Source: an uncultured Muribaculaceae bacterium
GTDB lineage: Bacteria; Cyanobacteriota; Vampirovibrionia; Gastranaerophilales; Gastranaerophilaceae
NCBI GenBank assembly: GCA_964461115.1
Contig: CAYWSX010000006.1
Coordinates: 60,892 to 124,891 of the forward strand
DNA length: 64,000 nucleotides
Direction of reading: 5' to 3'
Below are positions 36,389 through 46,448 of this stretch, piece by piece. The notes beneath the pieces are model-generated. The model worked only from the letters and a program-made list of their open reading frames with translations. It was not told the DNA's origin and ran no database searches. A program made the translations under genes and the position numbers. Every line of letters begins with the position of its first letter. The stretch's first letter is position 1.

Positions 36389-37666
36389 ATGAAAAGATTT
36401 TTAGCTGCATTTTTTGCAGTTTTCATGATAATTGGAAATGCATTGAGCGTTACGGCCGCAGAAATTACAGATTTGCCTGCTGATTTTTGGGCAAGCAAAG
36501 AAGCTGCATATTGTATCCGAGAAGGTATTATAGGCTTGTATGAAGACAACACTTTCAGACCTGCAACAGAGGTAAAAAGAGCTGAGTTTAACTCAATGCT
36601 TTTGAGAACTCTCGGGCATCAGCCGGCTGAAATTAAAGACTCCAAAAACTTTAAAGATTTAAATGCGGAGAACCCGTATTATAGCGATATCATGAAGTCG
36701 GAAGAACTAGGGCTTTTGTATGGTTACCCTGATAAGACTTTCAAGCCGGAAGGGCTTATAACAAAAATAGAAGTAGCGTCTATCATAAGCCATATAACAA
36801 AAAGCTCTGTGAAGGATGTGAATATTCTAAATCAATTTACTGATGCAAATTTAATCCCTGATTGGGCGAAAAACCAATATGCAAAATCGATAGAACTTGG
36901 TATTTATGTAAATTATCCTGAACCTTCACAGCTTTTGCCTGAAAAAGTTTTAGACAGAGCCGAAGCAGCTGTATTGTTCTACAAATTAAGGCAGGCAATG
37001 GGTGAAGTTAAAGAAGAATATGTTGCAAAAGAAATAATAATGGGGACAGAGCACCTTCGCGTTTATCCCGGAGCAAAAAGCAATCAAGTGACGGTAACAA
37101 ATTACCGAAAAATTATTAGAACGGGCAACGTTGTTCAAGCAAATTTTGCAAGAAATTTTAATTCAAAAGCATCCGAAGTTGGGCAGCCTGTTATCATGAC
37201 TTTTATTAGCGATGTTAAGACTGAAGAGGGCTCGCTTATTATTCCTAAAGGTTCAACGCTTGTTGGAGCGGTAGATACACTCGTTCCGCAAAGAAAAATG
37301 AATAAAAATGCAAAAGTTACACTTGTATTCCATGAACTTACATTTCCGTCAGGACAAAAACTGCCGATGAGTGGAAAAGTTCTCGATAATAACGGGATTT
37401 TGACGGCAAGTAAACTTCAAACATTCGGTAAAGTTGCGGGATACACACTTGGCGGAGCTGCAGTTGGAGCAGGCGCGGGTGTTGCTGTTGCCGCTATTCC
37501 TAATCCGAAAAATTACGGTACAGGTGTTGCCATCGGGATTCCTGTTGCAGCCGGTATCGGTTTGGCGACGGGTTTATTGACTCCGGGGCTTGCGTATAAG
37601 GCTGATATCAAGGATGCTTTATATATCGAATTGACAGAAGATTTAGTTCTTGAAGAAAATCTTTAA
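36389..37666 (+). CDS. SLH-domain envelope protein with C-terminal Gly-rich (glycine-zipper-like) hydrophobic segment
   Basis: Signal peptide. Three SLH-like repeats (DLPADFWA..., FKDLNAENPYY..., FTDANLIPDWA...). GGAAVGAGAGVAVAA...GIPVAAGIGLATG. Confidence 0.8.
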   Translation: MKRFLAAFFAVFMIIGNALSVTAAEITDLPADFWASKEAAYCIREGIIGLYEDNTFRPATEVKRAEFNSMLLRTLGHQPAEIKDSKNFKDLNAENPYYSDIMKSEELGLLYGYPDKTFKPEGLITKIEVASIISHITKSSVKDVNILNQFTDANLIPDWAKNQYAKSIELGIYVNYPEPSQLLPEKVLDRAEAAVLFYKLRQAMGEVKEEYVAKEIIMGTEHLRVYPGAKSNQVTVTNYRKIIRTGNVVQANFARNFNSKASEVGQPVIMTFISDVKTEEGSLIIPKGSTLVGAVDTLVPQRKMNKNAKVTLVFHELTFPSGQKLPMSGKVLDNNGILTASKLQTFGKVAGYTLGGAAVGAGAGVAVAAIPNPKNYGTGVAIGIPVAAGIGLATGLLTPGLAYKADIKDALYIELTEDLVLEENL

Positions 37667-37677
37667 TTCGCATAATT

Positions 37678-37950
37678 TTAATTATCCTGCTGTTGAGAAT
37701 GCTCTTCAGCAGGATTTTGATTATTGCATTCAAAAAATTCACAGTGGCATTTGCAGTCAATTACGGCATAGGTCGCCGAAAATGCTGCACAGGCTCCTAT
37801 TAAAATATACGTGAGCCTGCATAAGATACTGTCCGCGCCGAAAGCGTAGCTTATTATATCGAAGTTAAATAGTCCGACAATGCCCCAATTTACCCCGCCC
37901 ATCATTGCCACGGCGAATATAATGTGTTTTGTAATTAACTTTTTATCCAT
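37678..37950 (-). CDS. DUF378 family membrane protein with Cys/His-containing C-terminal tail
   Basis: GGVNWGIVGLFNFDIISYAFG motif. ATG at 37950 preferred over the upstream TTG. Confidence 0.7.
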   Translation of the reverse strand: MDKKLITKHIIFAVAMMGGVNWGIVGLFNFDIISYAFGADSILCRLTYILIGACAAFSATYAVIDCKCHCEFFECNNQNPAEEHSQQQDN

Positions 37951-38010
37951 ATAAAAATAAAATAATAGCAACAATCATCTTTTTCATTACCGTTGCCCCG
38001 CCAAAGAAGG

Positions 38011-39135
38011 TTAGTCGATAGTGTATGCTTTTTTGTAGTACATTATTGAGCCCCATAAAATAAGTACTATATTTGGCGCCCAGGCTGCTAAAAATGCCGG
38101 AATATCTCCTGATTCTCCCAACGAAATCGAAAGTGCCCTAATTAAATAATATGCAAATATAATCAAAATACAGAATAAAAATCCGCGGTTATATCTGACT
38201 CGAGGAGGGGTTATTGCCAACGGCACACCTATTATTACAAAAACAATAGTTGTGAAAGGCAATGCCAGCTTGTCATAAAGCTGAATTTTAGCTTTTGCGA
38301 GTTCTTTTTGGTCGTCGTATTTTCTATGTTCAAGATATTTCATTAAAGCAATAAAATTATATTGTTGTGCTTCGTCCTTTGATATTTCGTCTTTTAAATC
38401 GAGCCCAAAATCTATAACCGTATCTGCAAACCAAGTAGTGTTAAGGATTGTCCCGTTATTCGAGATTGTGTAAGCTGCACCTTTTTGAAATTCCCAGCCT
38501 TCAGGTGATGCGCCGCCTGTTTTGGATTGGAGAAGCTTTATCGTGTCGTGATCAGACATGTCCAGAACGGTTACATTATGCAGCGTGCGGTCTTTGCAGT
38601 GTTGAACATAAAAAAGTCTTTTTAAATTTTCATCATTCGTTAATTCTTTGAATGTGAAATTAGTTTTGTCTTCAGGTATATTTTTCTGTCCTAACGACCA
38701 TACGGCAAGTGTTTTAGACTGCTTAGTCGTGACAGGTACGATTGTTTCATTAATAATAAAACTTGCAATCGCCATAACTATCCCAAAAATGAAAATAGGC
38801 TTTGCAATACGATTTATCGAAATTCCGCAAGCACGCATGACGGTGAGTTCTGACGCTAAACTCAAATTGTTAAGGGTCATAACTGTAGCAAAAAGCGTTC
38901 CCATTGGAATGGTCATAACAATTACAGACGGCAAATTTAAAATAATAATCATCAATGCGATATGAAACGGAATGCCGTAAAGTGAAATTTGCTTAATCAA
39001 TGTAATAAAAGTATCTGACGCAAACACAATAGAGGTAAATATTACAACCCCCATAATGAAAATTTCTATTGCCTGTTTCAAGATATATTTATCAAGGGTC
39101 GGCAATTTTTTAAATTTATTTAGATACTTTTTCAT
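38011..39135 (-). CDS. LptF/LptG (YjgP/YjgQ) family LPS export permease
   Basis: Typical N-terminus LDKYILKQ..., six TM segments and a central periplasmic domain. Confidence 0.85.
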   Translation of the reverse strand: MKKYLNKFKKLPTLDKYILKQAIEIFIMGVVIFTSIVFASDTFITLIKQISLYGIPFHIALMIIILNLPSVIVMTIPMGTLFATVMTLNNLSLASELTVMRACGISINRIAKPIFIFGIVMAIASFIINETIVPVTTKQSKTLAVWSLGQKNIPEDKTNFTFKELTNDENLKRLFYVQHCKDRTLHNVTVLDMSDHDTIKLLQSKTGGASPEGWEFQKGAAYTISNNGTILNTTWFADTVIDFGLDLKDEISKDEAQQYNFIALMKYLEHRKYDDQKELAKAKIQLYDKLALPFTTIVFVIIGVPLAITPPRVRYNRGFLFCILIIFAYYLIRALSISLGESGDIPAFLAAWAPNIVLILWGSIMYYKKAYTID

Positions 39136-39164
39136 AGAACTATTTTAAACCAAAAACGCTTTAA

Positions 39165-40052
39165 TTAAACCTTTATTTTTCTTAAAATGCCGTTATTTTC
39201 CTGCAATAATTTTTCGGCAGCGTCGGCGTCTGCGTGGAGCCATAGCATTACAACGGATTTTTTTACATTAAAATCTGTTTGCTGAAGAGTTTTAAGAGCT
39301 GTTTTTTCATCGACTTGTGCAAGCTCCATAACGATATTTACAGCACGTTTTTTCAACTTTTCGTTTGTTGCCTTAACGTCAATCATATAATTTTTATAAG
39401 TTTTACCGATTTTAACCATTGCGCCTGTTGTAAGCATGTTGAGCACCATTTTTTGCGCTGTTCCGCTTTTCATCCTGGTTGAGCCTGAAATAGCTTCCTC
39501 TTTTACTATCGGGCAAATAAACACGTCTGCGTATTCTTTCATGGCTGCATCTTTGTTGCATGCAATCGCAACGGTTTTAATTTTTTGATATTGCGCGTTT
39601 TTAAGGATTGAAATAACGTATTTTGCATTTCCGCTCGCAGAAATCGCGACAACCACATCATTTTTGTTTGCACCCGAGCGAATTAAATCGGCAATTCCTC
39701 CGTCTGCACTGTCTTCGGCACCTTCAATTGCATTTCTTAATGCGCTATCACCACCCGCGATAAATCCTTGCACCATAGAAGACTCAACCCCGAAAGTAGG
39801 CGGGCACTCTGACGCATCTAATACACCAAGTCGTCCTGACGTCCCTGCGCCGAAATAAAAAAGCCTGCCGCCTTGCAAAAATTTTTCAGAAATAAGGTCA
39901 ATTGCTTTTGCAATTTGTTTTTTTTCTTTGCCAACGGCCATGGCGACCTGCTTGTCTTCATTGTTAATCATCTCAACAAGTTTTAAGGTCGGCACGATAT
40001 CGATATTAGCCGTTTTTTTGTTTAGCCCTTCAGTTATACTATTTTGTTTCAT
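39165..40052 (-). CDS. murQ: N-acetylmuramic acid 6-phosphate etherase
   Basis: SIS domain GRLFYFGAGTSGRLGVLDASECPPTFG. Confidence 0.92.
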   Translation of the reverse strand: MKQNSITEGLNKKTANIDIVPTLKLVEMINNEDKQVAMAVGKEKKQIAKAIDLISEKFLQGGRLFYFGAGTSGRLGVLDASECPPTFGVESSMVQGFIAGGDSALRNAIEGAEDSADGGIADLIRSGANKNDVVVAISASGNAKYVISILKNAQYQKIKTVAIACNKDAAMKEYADVFICPIVKEEAISGSTRMKSGTAQKMVLNMLTTGAMVKIGKTYKNYMIDVKATNEKLKKRAVNIVMELAQVDEKTALKTLQQTDFNVKKSVVMLWLHADADAAEKLLQENNGILRKIKV

Positions 40053-40071
40053 AACTTGATTTTAGCACAAT

Positions 40072-41394
40072 CTAATTATTTGAAGGAGTGGATTTGTGGC
40101 TGTTTTTTTTGTAAAAATATGTAATTAGGCCAAAAACGGCAGCAGCAGTTATGCTTATCCCGGTTATTTGTTTTTTACTGAGTTTTTTCAATTCATTTTT
40201 AGCTTTGTCTGCTGTTTTTTTCAATTGAGTTGACGCATTTTCTGTTTCATTATCCAGTTTTCTAAATTGTTCGCTCAAAACCTCGCCTTCATTCCTCAAT
40301 TTAGTTTTTTCTTCGGCATAACTATTGTAGGCAGAAGTAATTTTGCCAAATGCCTCTTCATTTTCTTTGAAAAAAGCCTTGTGTTGTTCAAAGTCAGACA
40401 GTTTAATATTTTTCGGCAATTCAAATCTTTGTGGATAAGCTTTGGCAGCTCGAACCTCCAATGTAATTGGTGGGTAGTTGCCATAGTTATCTCTTGGCAA
40501 AAGTTCCGGCAATGCATTATAGCCTACATAAGGATGAGCCCCTATGAGTGAATTTACTTTTGGTATGATTTGCTGTATTTCTGATTCTGTTGGGGTTTTA
40601 TTGACTTGTCTTAATAAGTCTTTGAATCGTGGCTCATCAAAGGCCTTGCGAATTTCTGTCCAATTGTGGTTTCTGATATCTTCAAACAATACTTCTAAAT
40701 TTTGGTTGTGAGGACTTGTAAAGATTATTTTGATATTGGAATTAGGAGTAGCCAATGTATTTAGGATATTTTTGACTTTTGAAATGTCTTCAGCATTATT
40801 TGCCGTTGGGTCTAAATATTTGGCAAAGTTTTCAAAGTGGAGCAAGGTTTTCTTACCTGTTTTTGCGTTTTGTTCATTTGCAGCGGAAATTGCTTCATTA
40901 ATTTGTGCAAAAAATTGGTTTGAATTTTCTACTGCACTGATTTTTTTAAAATCGTAGTATTTATAGAAGTCCAGACTATCTATGTTCGAATTTTTCGCAT
41001 GCATGTCTATAAAATCTATGAAGGTAGTTGCTAATTCTTTATTTTCCGAGTTTATAATGAAAAAGTTATTATATGGGGATTGTCGGAAAGCACCAAAAAC
41101 TTCCTCCGCGCTTTTGCATAGATTTGCAAATTCAGGCTTAGAATCTTTTGCATTATTTATTATTGCGGAATATTCACGAACTAATTCCGGTAGTTTTAAT
41201 CCTGCCAGGTCGTTACTTAATTTCTTTTCAAGCGAAATAGATCTGTTGGTTAATACCTGATTCTGATTGCGTAATGACTTTTCAGATATTTCAACCGAAT
41301 CGGATTTTGAAGGTTGGCTGCCTCGAAAGGAGACACTATTGGTATTTTGTCTTGCCGATATAGGTAGAACTTGGGTGTTTAAACTAATTTTCAT
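40072..41394 (-). CDS. Hypothetical protein with coiled-coil and C-terminal TM anchor
   Basis: 440-aa ORF. N-terminal RQNTNSVSFRG motif. C-terminal ITGISITAAAVFGLITYFY helix. 11-nt overlap with the upstream gene. Confidence 0.65.
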   Translation of the reverse strand: MKISLNTQVLPISARQNTNSVSFRGSQPSKSDSVEISEKSLRNQNQVLTNRSISLEKKLSNDLAGLKLPELVREYSAIINNAKDSKPEFANLCKSAEEVFGAFRQSPYNNFFIINSENKELATTFIDFIDMHAKNSNIDSLDFYKYYDFKKISAVENSNQFFAQINEAISAANEQNAKTGKKTLLHFENFAKYLDPTANNAEDISKVKNILNTLATPNSNIKIIFTSPHNQNLEVLFEDIRNHNWTEIRKAFDEPRFKDLLRQVNKTPTESEIQQIIPKVNSLIGAHPYVGYNALPELLPRDNYGNYPPITLEVRAAKAYPQRFELPKNIKLSDFEQHKAFFKENEEAFGKITSAYNSYAEEKTKLRNEGEVLSEQFRKLDNETENASTQLKKTADKAKNELKKLSKKQITGISITAAAVFGLITYFYKKNSHKSTPSNN

Positions 41395-42136
41395 CCATAT
41401 TCTCCTTTGCTTCTTGGGTTTCTAAATAATAAGTATATAATTCAGGAAAAAGTTTTTTTGCAGTTTCAATTTCATTATTATTTATTAAGCTGTGAAAAAC
41501 CATAGAATAATACTTTTGCTGTTGTCTGCCTGTTAGATCCTCTTGGAAATATTTAAGAATATTATCAATGTCATTGATATTCTTATGAATTTTATCGATA
41601 TAATCTTTAAATTCATAAGGAGACCCTAATATTACTGCAGCATTTTTAGAAATGTTTTTTGGAGAAGTAATCACTTCTTTTTGCTCATCTGTGATCTTGT
41701 ACACTATTTCAAAACCACCCTGTTCATCTATGTATAAAAAACCTTGTTCGCGCCTAACAGGAAATCCATAGCTGGAGTGAGAACCGAATGTCTGTATCGG
41801 CAAAAGCATTCCTCTGTTTTCAGGCTTGTGTAAATAGTCATATGTTCTATCAGGATTCAAGCCTGTTATACCCGTAGCGTTTGTTATTATATGTTTGTCT
41901 ACGCTATAATTAAAATCTATTTTCCAGCCATACGGTACATTTTTGATCTTTTTATTTTCGTATTTAAATCCTCCTAACCCCAAATATTGATATGGATAAT
42001 CCGGAAGAAAGCTCTCTGGCAATTCACTATAATAATCGCCTTTAAAAGCGATTGGTGTATTTGAGCGGACTAATCGGTTACTAGTTTTACATAAAATGTT
42101 TGGATACGTTGTGTTTATTCTTTGAGTTGAAACCAT
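41384..42136 (-). CDS. Hypothetical protein
   Basis: ORF with GAGG 7 nt before ATG 42136 (alternative ATG at 42148). N-terminal RSNTPIAFKG motif shared with the downstream gene. Confidence 0.65.
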   Translation of the reverse strand: MVSTQRINTTYPNILCKTSNRLVRSNTPIAFKGDYYSELPESFLPDYPYQYLGLGGFKYENKKIKNVPYGWKIDFNYSVDKHIITNATGITGLNPDRTYDYLHKPENRGMLLPIQTFGSHSSYGFPVRREQGFLYIDEQGGFEIVYKITDEQKEVITSPKNISKNAAVILGSPYEFKDYIDKIHKNINDIDNILKYFQEDLTGRQQQKYYSMVFHSLINNNEIETAKKLFPELYTYYLETQEAKENMDEN

Positions 42137-42239
42137 TTTATACCTCATGTCTTTGTGTAAATTATATGGCTATTATAAAAATCATAAAGAATTATTTTGT
42201 TAGTTTGCAGGAGATATTTTTACATTTCTTATAAAAAGA

Positions 42240-42270
42240 AAAAAGGGGTTTTTGAAAACCCCTTTTTATT
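42240..42270. terminator. Bidirectional rho-independent terminator (terminates nrdJ)
   Basis: AAAAGGGGTTT-TTGAA-AACCCCTTTTT. Confidence 0.85.
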
Positions 42271-42286
42271 TGAAATCAGATGGAAC

Positions 42287-44254
42287 TTACGAACATCCTG
42301 AGTAGCCGCAATTTAAGCAGATAAAGCAGCCTTCACCGTATCCGAGAACTTTGCCGCATTCAGGGCATTTATGCTCTTGACCTTGGTTGTCTTCCTCTTC
42401 AACAGCCTTGATTTCAGGAAGTGTTTTGTCGTCTTTCTTCTCAAGGTTCATAGGCTGGAACTGTCTGGAGTTGTTTCTGTAAACAGTTATACCTTTGAGG
42501 TTGTTGTCGTAAGCTAAAATATAAGAATCAGCTACATCTTCGCGAGTTGCATTTTCTTCAAAGTTAACTGTTTTTGAAACAGCGTTGTCTGTGTGAAGCT
42601 GGAATGCGGCTTGCATTTTAACGTGCCAATAAGGCGAAACATCATGCGCGCAAGCAAAGATTTTTTTAGCTTCTTCGGGAACTTCTGCACAGTGTGCCAA
42701 AGTACCGTCGATAGAGATTTTGGTCATCAACTCTTCGTTGTAGAATCCATGTTCAATAGCATATTCTTTAAAAATAGGGTTCACTTCAACCAGTTTTGTT
42801 CCGTCCATTACGTCACGGATGAAAACTAGTCCGAACAAAGGCTCAACGCCGCCTGAAGCGCTTGCAATCATTGAAATTGTTCCTGTTGGAGCAATACAAG
42901 TTGTTGTCGCGTTTCTGATACCGTGCTGTTTGATTTGAGCGTCTAAGTCAGCCCACATATCGTCAGAAATCAGTCCCGCTGATTTACCTTGGTATTTTTT
43001 AGTCAAGAAATCTTGTCCGTCGTATATGCTGCCTTTAAAGTTGTTAAAGCTGCCGCGTTCTTTTGCAAGTTCGATTGATTTTACTTTTGAATGGTAATCA
43101 ATAAACTCCATAATTTGCGAAGCAAGTTTTGTTCCCTCTTCTGAGCTGTAAGAAAGACCTAATTGCATAAGCATGTCAGCCCATCCCATTACACCAAGAC
43201 CGATTTTTCTGTTGTTTTGTACCATTTCAGAAATTTGCGGAAGTGGGTAGTTGTTCACAGCGATAACGTTGTCAAGGAAGTGAATAGCCATTTTTGTAGT
43301 TTCAGCTAACTTTTCCCAATCAACACTAAAGTTTCCTTTTTCACCTTTGAGCATAATTCCAAGGTTGATTGAACCAAGGTTGCACGCTTCGTAGGAAAGA
43401 AGAGGAACTTCGCCGCAAGGGTTTGTAGACTCGATAGGACCTACAAGCGGTGTAGGGTTGTCGTAGTTCATTTTGTCGATGAAAACGATACCCGGCTCGC
43501 CGTTTTTCCATGCGCCTTCGACGATTAAATCGAATACAGCTTTTGCACTTAATTTACCGACAGGATTTTTAGAATTAGGGTGAATTAAGTTGTAATCTCT
43601 ACCTTCTTTTAATGCTTCCATAAACTCATCTGTAATAGCAACGGAAATATTGAAGTTGTTTAATTTAAAGTTGTCTGATTTACAGTTGATAAAGTCTAAA
43701 ATATCCGGGTGGTCAACTCTTAAAATACCCATGTTCGCGCCGCGTCTTGTTCCGCCTTGTTTTACGGCTTCAGTTGCTGCGTTAAATACTTCCATAAAGC
43801 TTACAGGACCTGACGAAACGCCCATTGTTGAACGTACAACATCATTTTTCGGTCTCAATTTTGAGAACGAGAAGCCTGTTCCGCCGCCTGATTTGTGGAT
43901 TAATGCAGTATTTTTAACTGTTTCAAAAATTCCTTCCAAGCTGTCTTCAACAGGAAGTACAAAACATGCTGCTAATTGTCCGAGTTCACGCCCTGCATTC
44001 ATTAATGTCGGTGAGTTGGGCATAAAGTAGCGGTTTGTTATTGTTTCATAAAATTCTTTTGTTAATGCTTCAACTTGAGCGTCAGAAGCCCCGAATTTTT
44101 TGTCCGCACCTGCTAAAAATGAAGCCACACGATAGAACATATCCTGCGGTGTTTCGACAGGTACACCGTCTTTATCGCGTTTAAGATATCTTTTCTCTAA
44201 TACCTTAACGGCGTTTTCAGATAAACTGATTTTTTCTTGCAAATCCACACTCAT
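42287..44254 (-). CDS. nrdJ: Class II (adenosylcobalamin-dependent) ribonucleotide reductase with C-terminal Zn-ribbon
   Basis: FMPNSPTLMNAG, NPCGE(V)PL and a C-terminal CPECG...CLNCG. Confidence 0.9.
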   Translation of the reverse strand: MSVDLQEKISLSENAVKVLEKRYLKRDKDGVPVETPQDMFYRVASFLAGADKKFGASDAQVEALTKEFYETITNRYFMPNSPTLMNAGRELGQLAACFVLPVEDSLEGIFETVKNTALIHKSGGGTGFSFSKLRPKNDVVRSTMGVSSGPVSFMEVFNAATEAVKQGGTRRGANMGILRVDHPDILDFINCKSDNFKLNNFNISVAITDEFMEALKEGRDYNLIHPNSKNPVGKLSAKAVFDLIVEGAWKNGEPGIVFIDKMNYDNPTPLVGPIESTNPCGEVPLLSYEACNLGSINLGIMLKGEKGNFSVDWEKLAETTKMAIHFLDNVIAVNNYPLPQISEMVQNNRKIGLGVMGWADMLMQLGLSYSSEEGTKLASQIMEFIDYHSKVKSIELAKERGSFNNFKGSIYDGQDFLTKKYQGKSAGLISDDMWADLDAQIKQHGIRNATTTCIAPTGTISMIASASGGVEPLFGLVFIRDVMDGTKLVEVNPIFKEYAIEHGFYNEELMTKISIDGTLAHCAEVPEEAKKIFACAHDVSPYWHVKMQAAFQLHTDNAVSKTVNFEENATREDVADSYILAYDNNLKGITVYRNNSRQFQPMNLEKKDDKTLPEIKAVEEEDNQGQEHKCPECGKVLGYGEGCFICLNCGYSGCS

Positions 44255-44540
44255 GGATAAAACCTCCTCCTAAAATTGATGTTCTAACATTATACTGTAA
44301 ACCTCTAAAAAAAATTAGTAATTTTTTGTAAACTTTAAATGATGAATTTTTTGACATTATTAAAATTTTGTCATGTTGTTTTCGGGGCTGTGTCATGGGG
44401 CATGTTAACTGCATTTTGGTAATTCTCTTTACAATATTTTTAAAATGTAATTTTAATTACTTTTTGTTTTATGTATAATAAGTTTAGTTGATAATTTTCA
44501 ACATTTTTATCCGAAACATTTGGGGAATAGAGGTTTTACC

Positions 44541-44729
44541 ATGAAAACATTAATTAAAGAAAATGATTTTGCAAATCAGAATATAGAAAGCGTAATAAAG
44601 AAGTTAAATTCATATATTTCACACCCTGACAACAGAAGCAAGATTTTAACACGTGCTTCAATGCCTAATGAAAGTGAAACTCTGGCTGAATGGCAAGATG
44701 AACTCGTGACTTCAGATTTTCGCTGGTAA
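44541..44729 (+). CDS. Possible small hypothetical protein (62 aa)
   Basis: ATG 7 nt after AGAGG. No homology recognised. Flanked by GCATG-rich DNA. Confidence 0.3.
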   Translation: MKTLIKENDFANQNIESVIKKLNSYISHPDNRSKILTRASMPNESETLAEWQDELVTSDFRW

Positions 44730-44963
44730 TTTTCTATATAAGATTTATTAACTTTCGTTAAGCATGCAAAACGCATGCACAGCATGAATTTCGGGAAAAT
44801 GCCCGAAAATATTAAATATTGTAAATTTAACACTAAATATCTTAAAAGCCATGCCCGGCATGCATTTTGCCGTTGCAGGCATGGTTTTATGAAAAACAAT
44901 CCTAGCCCGCATTAGCGCCGTATGTTTATTATTATTTTATTGGATTGAAATTTATGGAATAAA

Positions 44964-45542
44964 ATGATAAACGACTGTTTTGTAGGGCACAATGCTAATA
45001 ACATCACGGATTTGAGGGCAGAAAAACTTTATAGGGAAGCGGAAGATGATTTTCGTCATTTTTCAAAACCCTGTGAGGCTCTTGAAAAGCTCGACAGAGC
45101 GATAAAATATTCTCCGGGCTTTGCGAAAGGACTGCGCTTTAAAGGCGATATTCTTCTTTTATCGGGCAAATTTAAAGAGGCTCTGGATCTTTATAAAACG
45201 GCAGAAAATCTTTCGGGAGAAAACCCTCAAATTTGTACATGCATCGCAAATTCGTACTTGATGTTGGAAGAATATACTAAGGCAATGGTGTATGTTGAAA
45301 AAGGTCTGAATTGTGAGAAAAAACCTTTTGGCGGAACTTATAAAGCTCTTTTTGACTTGAAAACAACAATATTAATAAATCAGCAAAAGTATGAAGAAGC
45401 TGAAAAAACCCTTGAAAACGCAAGATACAACCTTTATACTTCTGAATTGGACGAATTACGTGGAAAAAAATTAAGTTTAATTAAACAAAAAAAAGAAATG
45501 TTAAACAAAATTAAACGTTCTTATTTGAAAATTATTAAATAA
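44964..45542 (+). CDS. TPR-repeat protein
   Basis: Three to four TPR-like units (ALEKLDRAIKYSPGFAKGLRFKGDILLLSGKFKEALDLYKTA...). Confidence 0.7.
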   Translation: MINDCFVGHNANNITDLRAEKLYREAEDDFRHFSKPCEALEKLDRAIKYSPGFAKGLRFKGDILLLSGKFKEALDLYKTAENLSGENPQICTCIANSYLMLEEYTKAMVYVEKGLNCEKKPFGGTYKALFDLKTTILINQQKYEEAEKTLENARYNLYTSELDELRGKKLSLIKQKKEMLNKIKRSYLKIIK

Positions 45543-45759
45543 AAACCAATGTCTGAAATCTATGCTATGTTTGATAAATAGCTGTTTTTAGATTTTGCAT
45601 ATGCTGTTTTACGTCATAATTGACCAGGAAAAATACCCGGGTGGGTGATACAAATCTAAGGACTTTTAACGTCTTATTGTAAGTAAATTATTTCATAAAA
45701 GTCGTTTAAAGACCTTTTGCGCAAATTAATAGGAATATACAATAAAAACAAAGGTATTT

Positions 45760-46434
45760 ATGCAAAATTTAAAAGAAGCTTTCGGAAAAAGAATAAAAGA
45801 ATTGAGAAAATCAAGAAATATGACGCAAGAGGAACTTGCGGAATTTCTGTCATTGAATCCTCGCCAGCTGACAAGAATCGAAGCCGGAGAAAATTTTCCA
45901 TCTGCGGAATCATTGGCAAAACTTTGTTGCGCGTTGGATATTGATATGAAATATTTATTTGATTTTGAATGGAACAAGGAAATTACTCTTCTTTCAACAG
46001 GTACAGACGATTTACCTGTTATAAAATTGGTAGAAAAAAATAACAAAATGAATCTTAAAACGCCAAAAGACAAAGTATTTGAAGATGCGGGCATTGGCAA
46101 AGAAATTCCTGCGGCCGGCTCTGAAGCGGCGATGATTAATATGGCAAAGCGCTTGAATAAACCTCTTACGGTTGAGCATTTTAACGATAAAAAGAGAAAA
46201 TACGTTAAAACCTATTATCCTAACGGGAAGTCTGAAGTGACTATATCTGAAAAAAATATTCAAGCTGAAAATATTCAGAATTATGTTAAAAATAAAATGA
46301 AAGACTATTCGGTTGATGTTGAAAAACTTGATTTTATCAAGCTTGCGGTTGATTCTTTAGACAGCAATGAAGCATTGAATGAATTGAAAATTTTCTTAAA
46401 AGGCATGGAGCTTGCTAAGAAATTTTCAAAATAA
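45760..46434 (+). CDS. XRE-family HTH protein with uncharacterised C-terminal domain
   Basis: FGKRIKELRKSRNMTQEELAEFLSLNPRQLTRIEAGENFPSAESLAKL. Confidence 0.8.
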   Translation: MQNLKEAFGKRIKELRKSRNMTQEELAEFLSLNPRQLTRIEAGENFPSAESLAKLCCALDIDMKYLFDFEWNKEITLLSTGTDDLPVIKLVEKNNKMNLKTPKDKVFEDAGIGKEIPAAGSEAAMINMAKRLNKPLTVEHFNDKKRKYVKTYYPNGKSEVTISEKNIQAENIQNYVKNKMKDYSVDVEKLDFIKLAVDSLDSNEALNELKIFLKGMELAKKFSK

Positions 46435-46448
46435 TTTTGTATAAATAA

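Noticed and set aside
44255-44520. Looked for a cobalamin riboswitch or NrdR boxes upstream of nrdJ
   Set aside because: I could not recognise the B12-box or the NrdR palindrome by eye. A covariance-model scan would be needed to exclude them.
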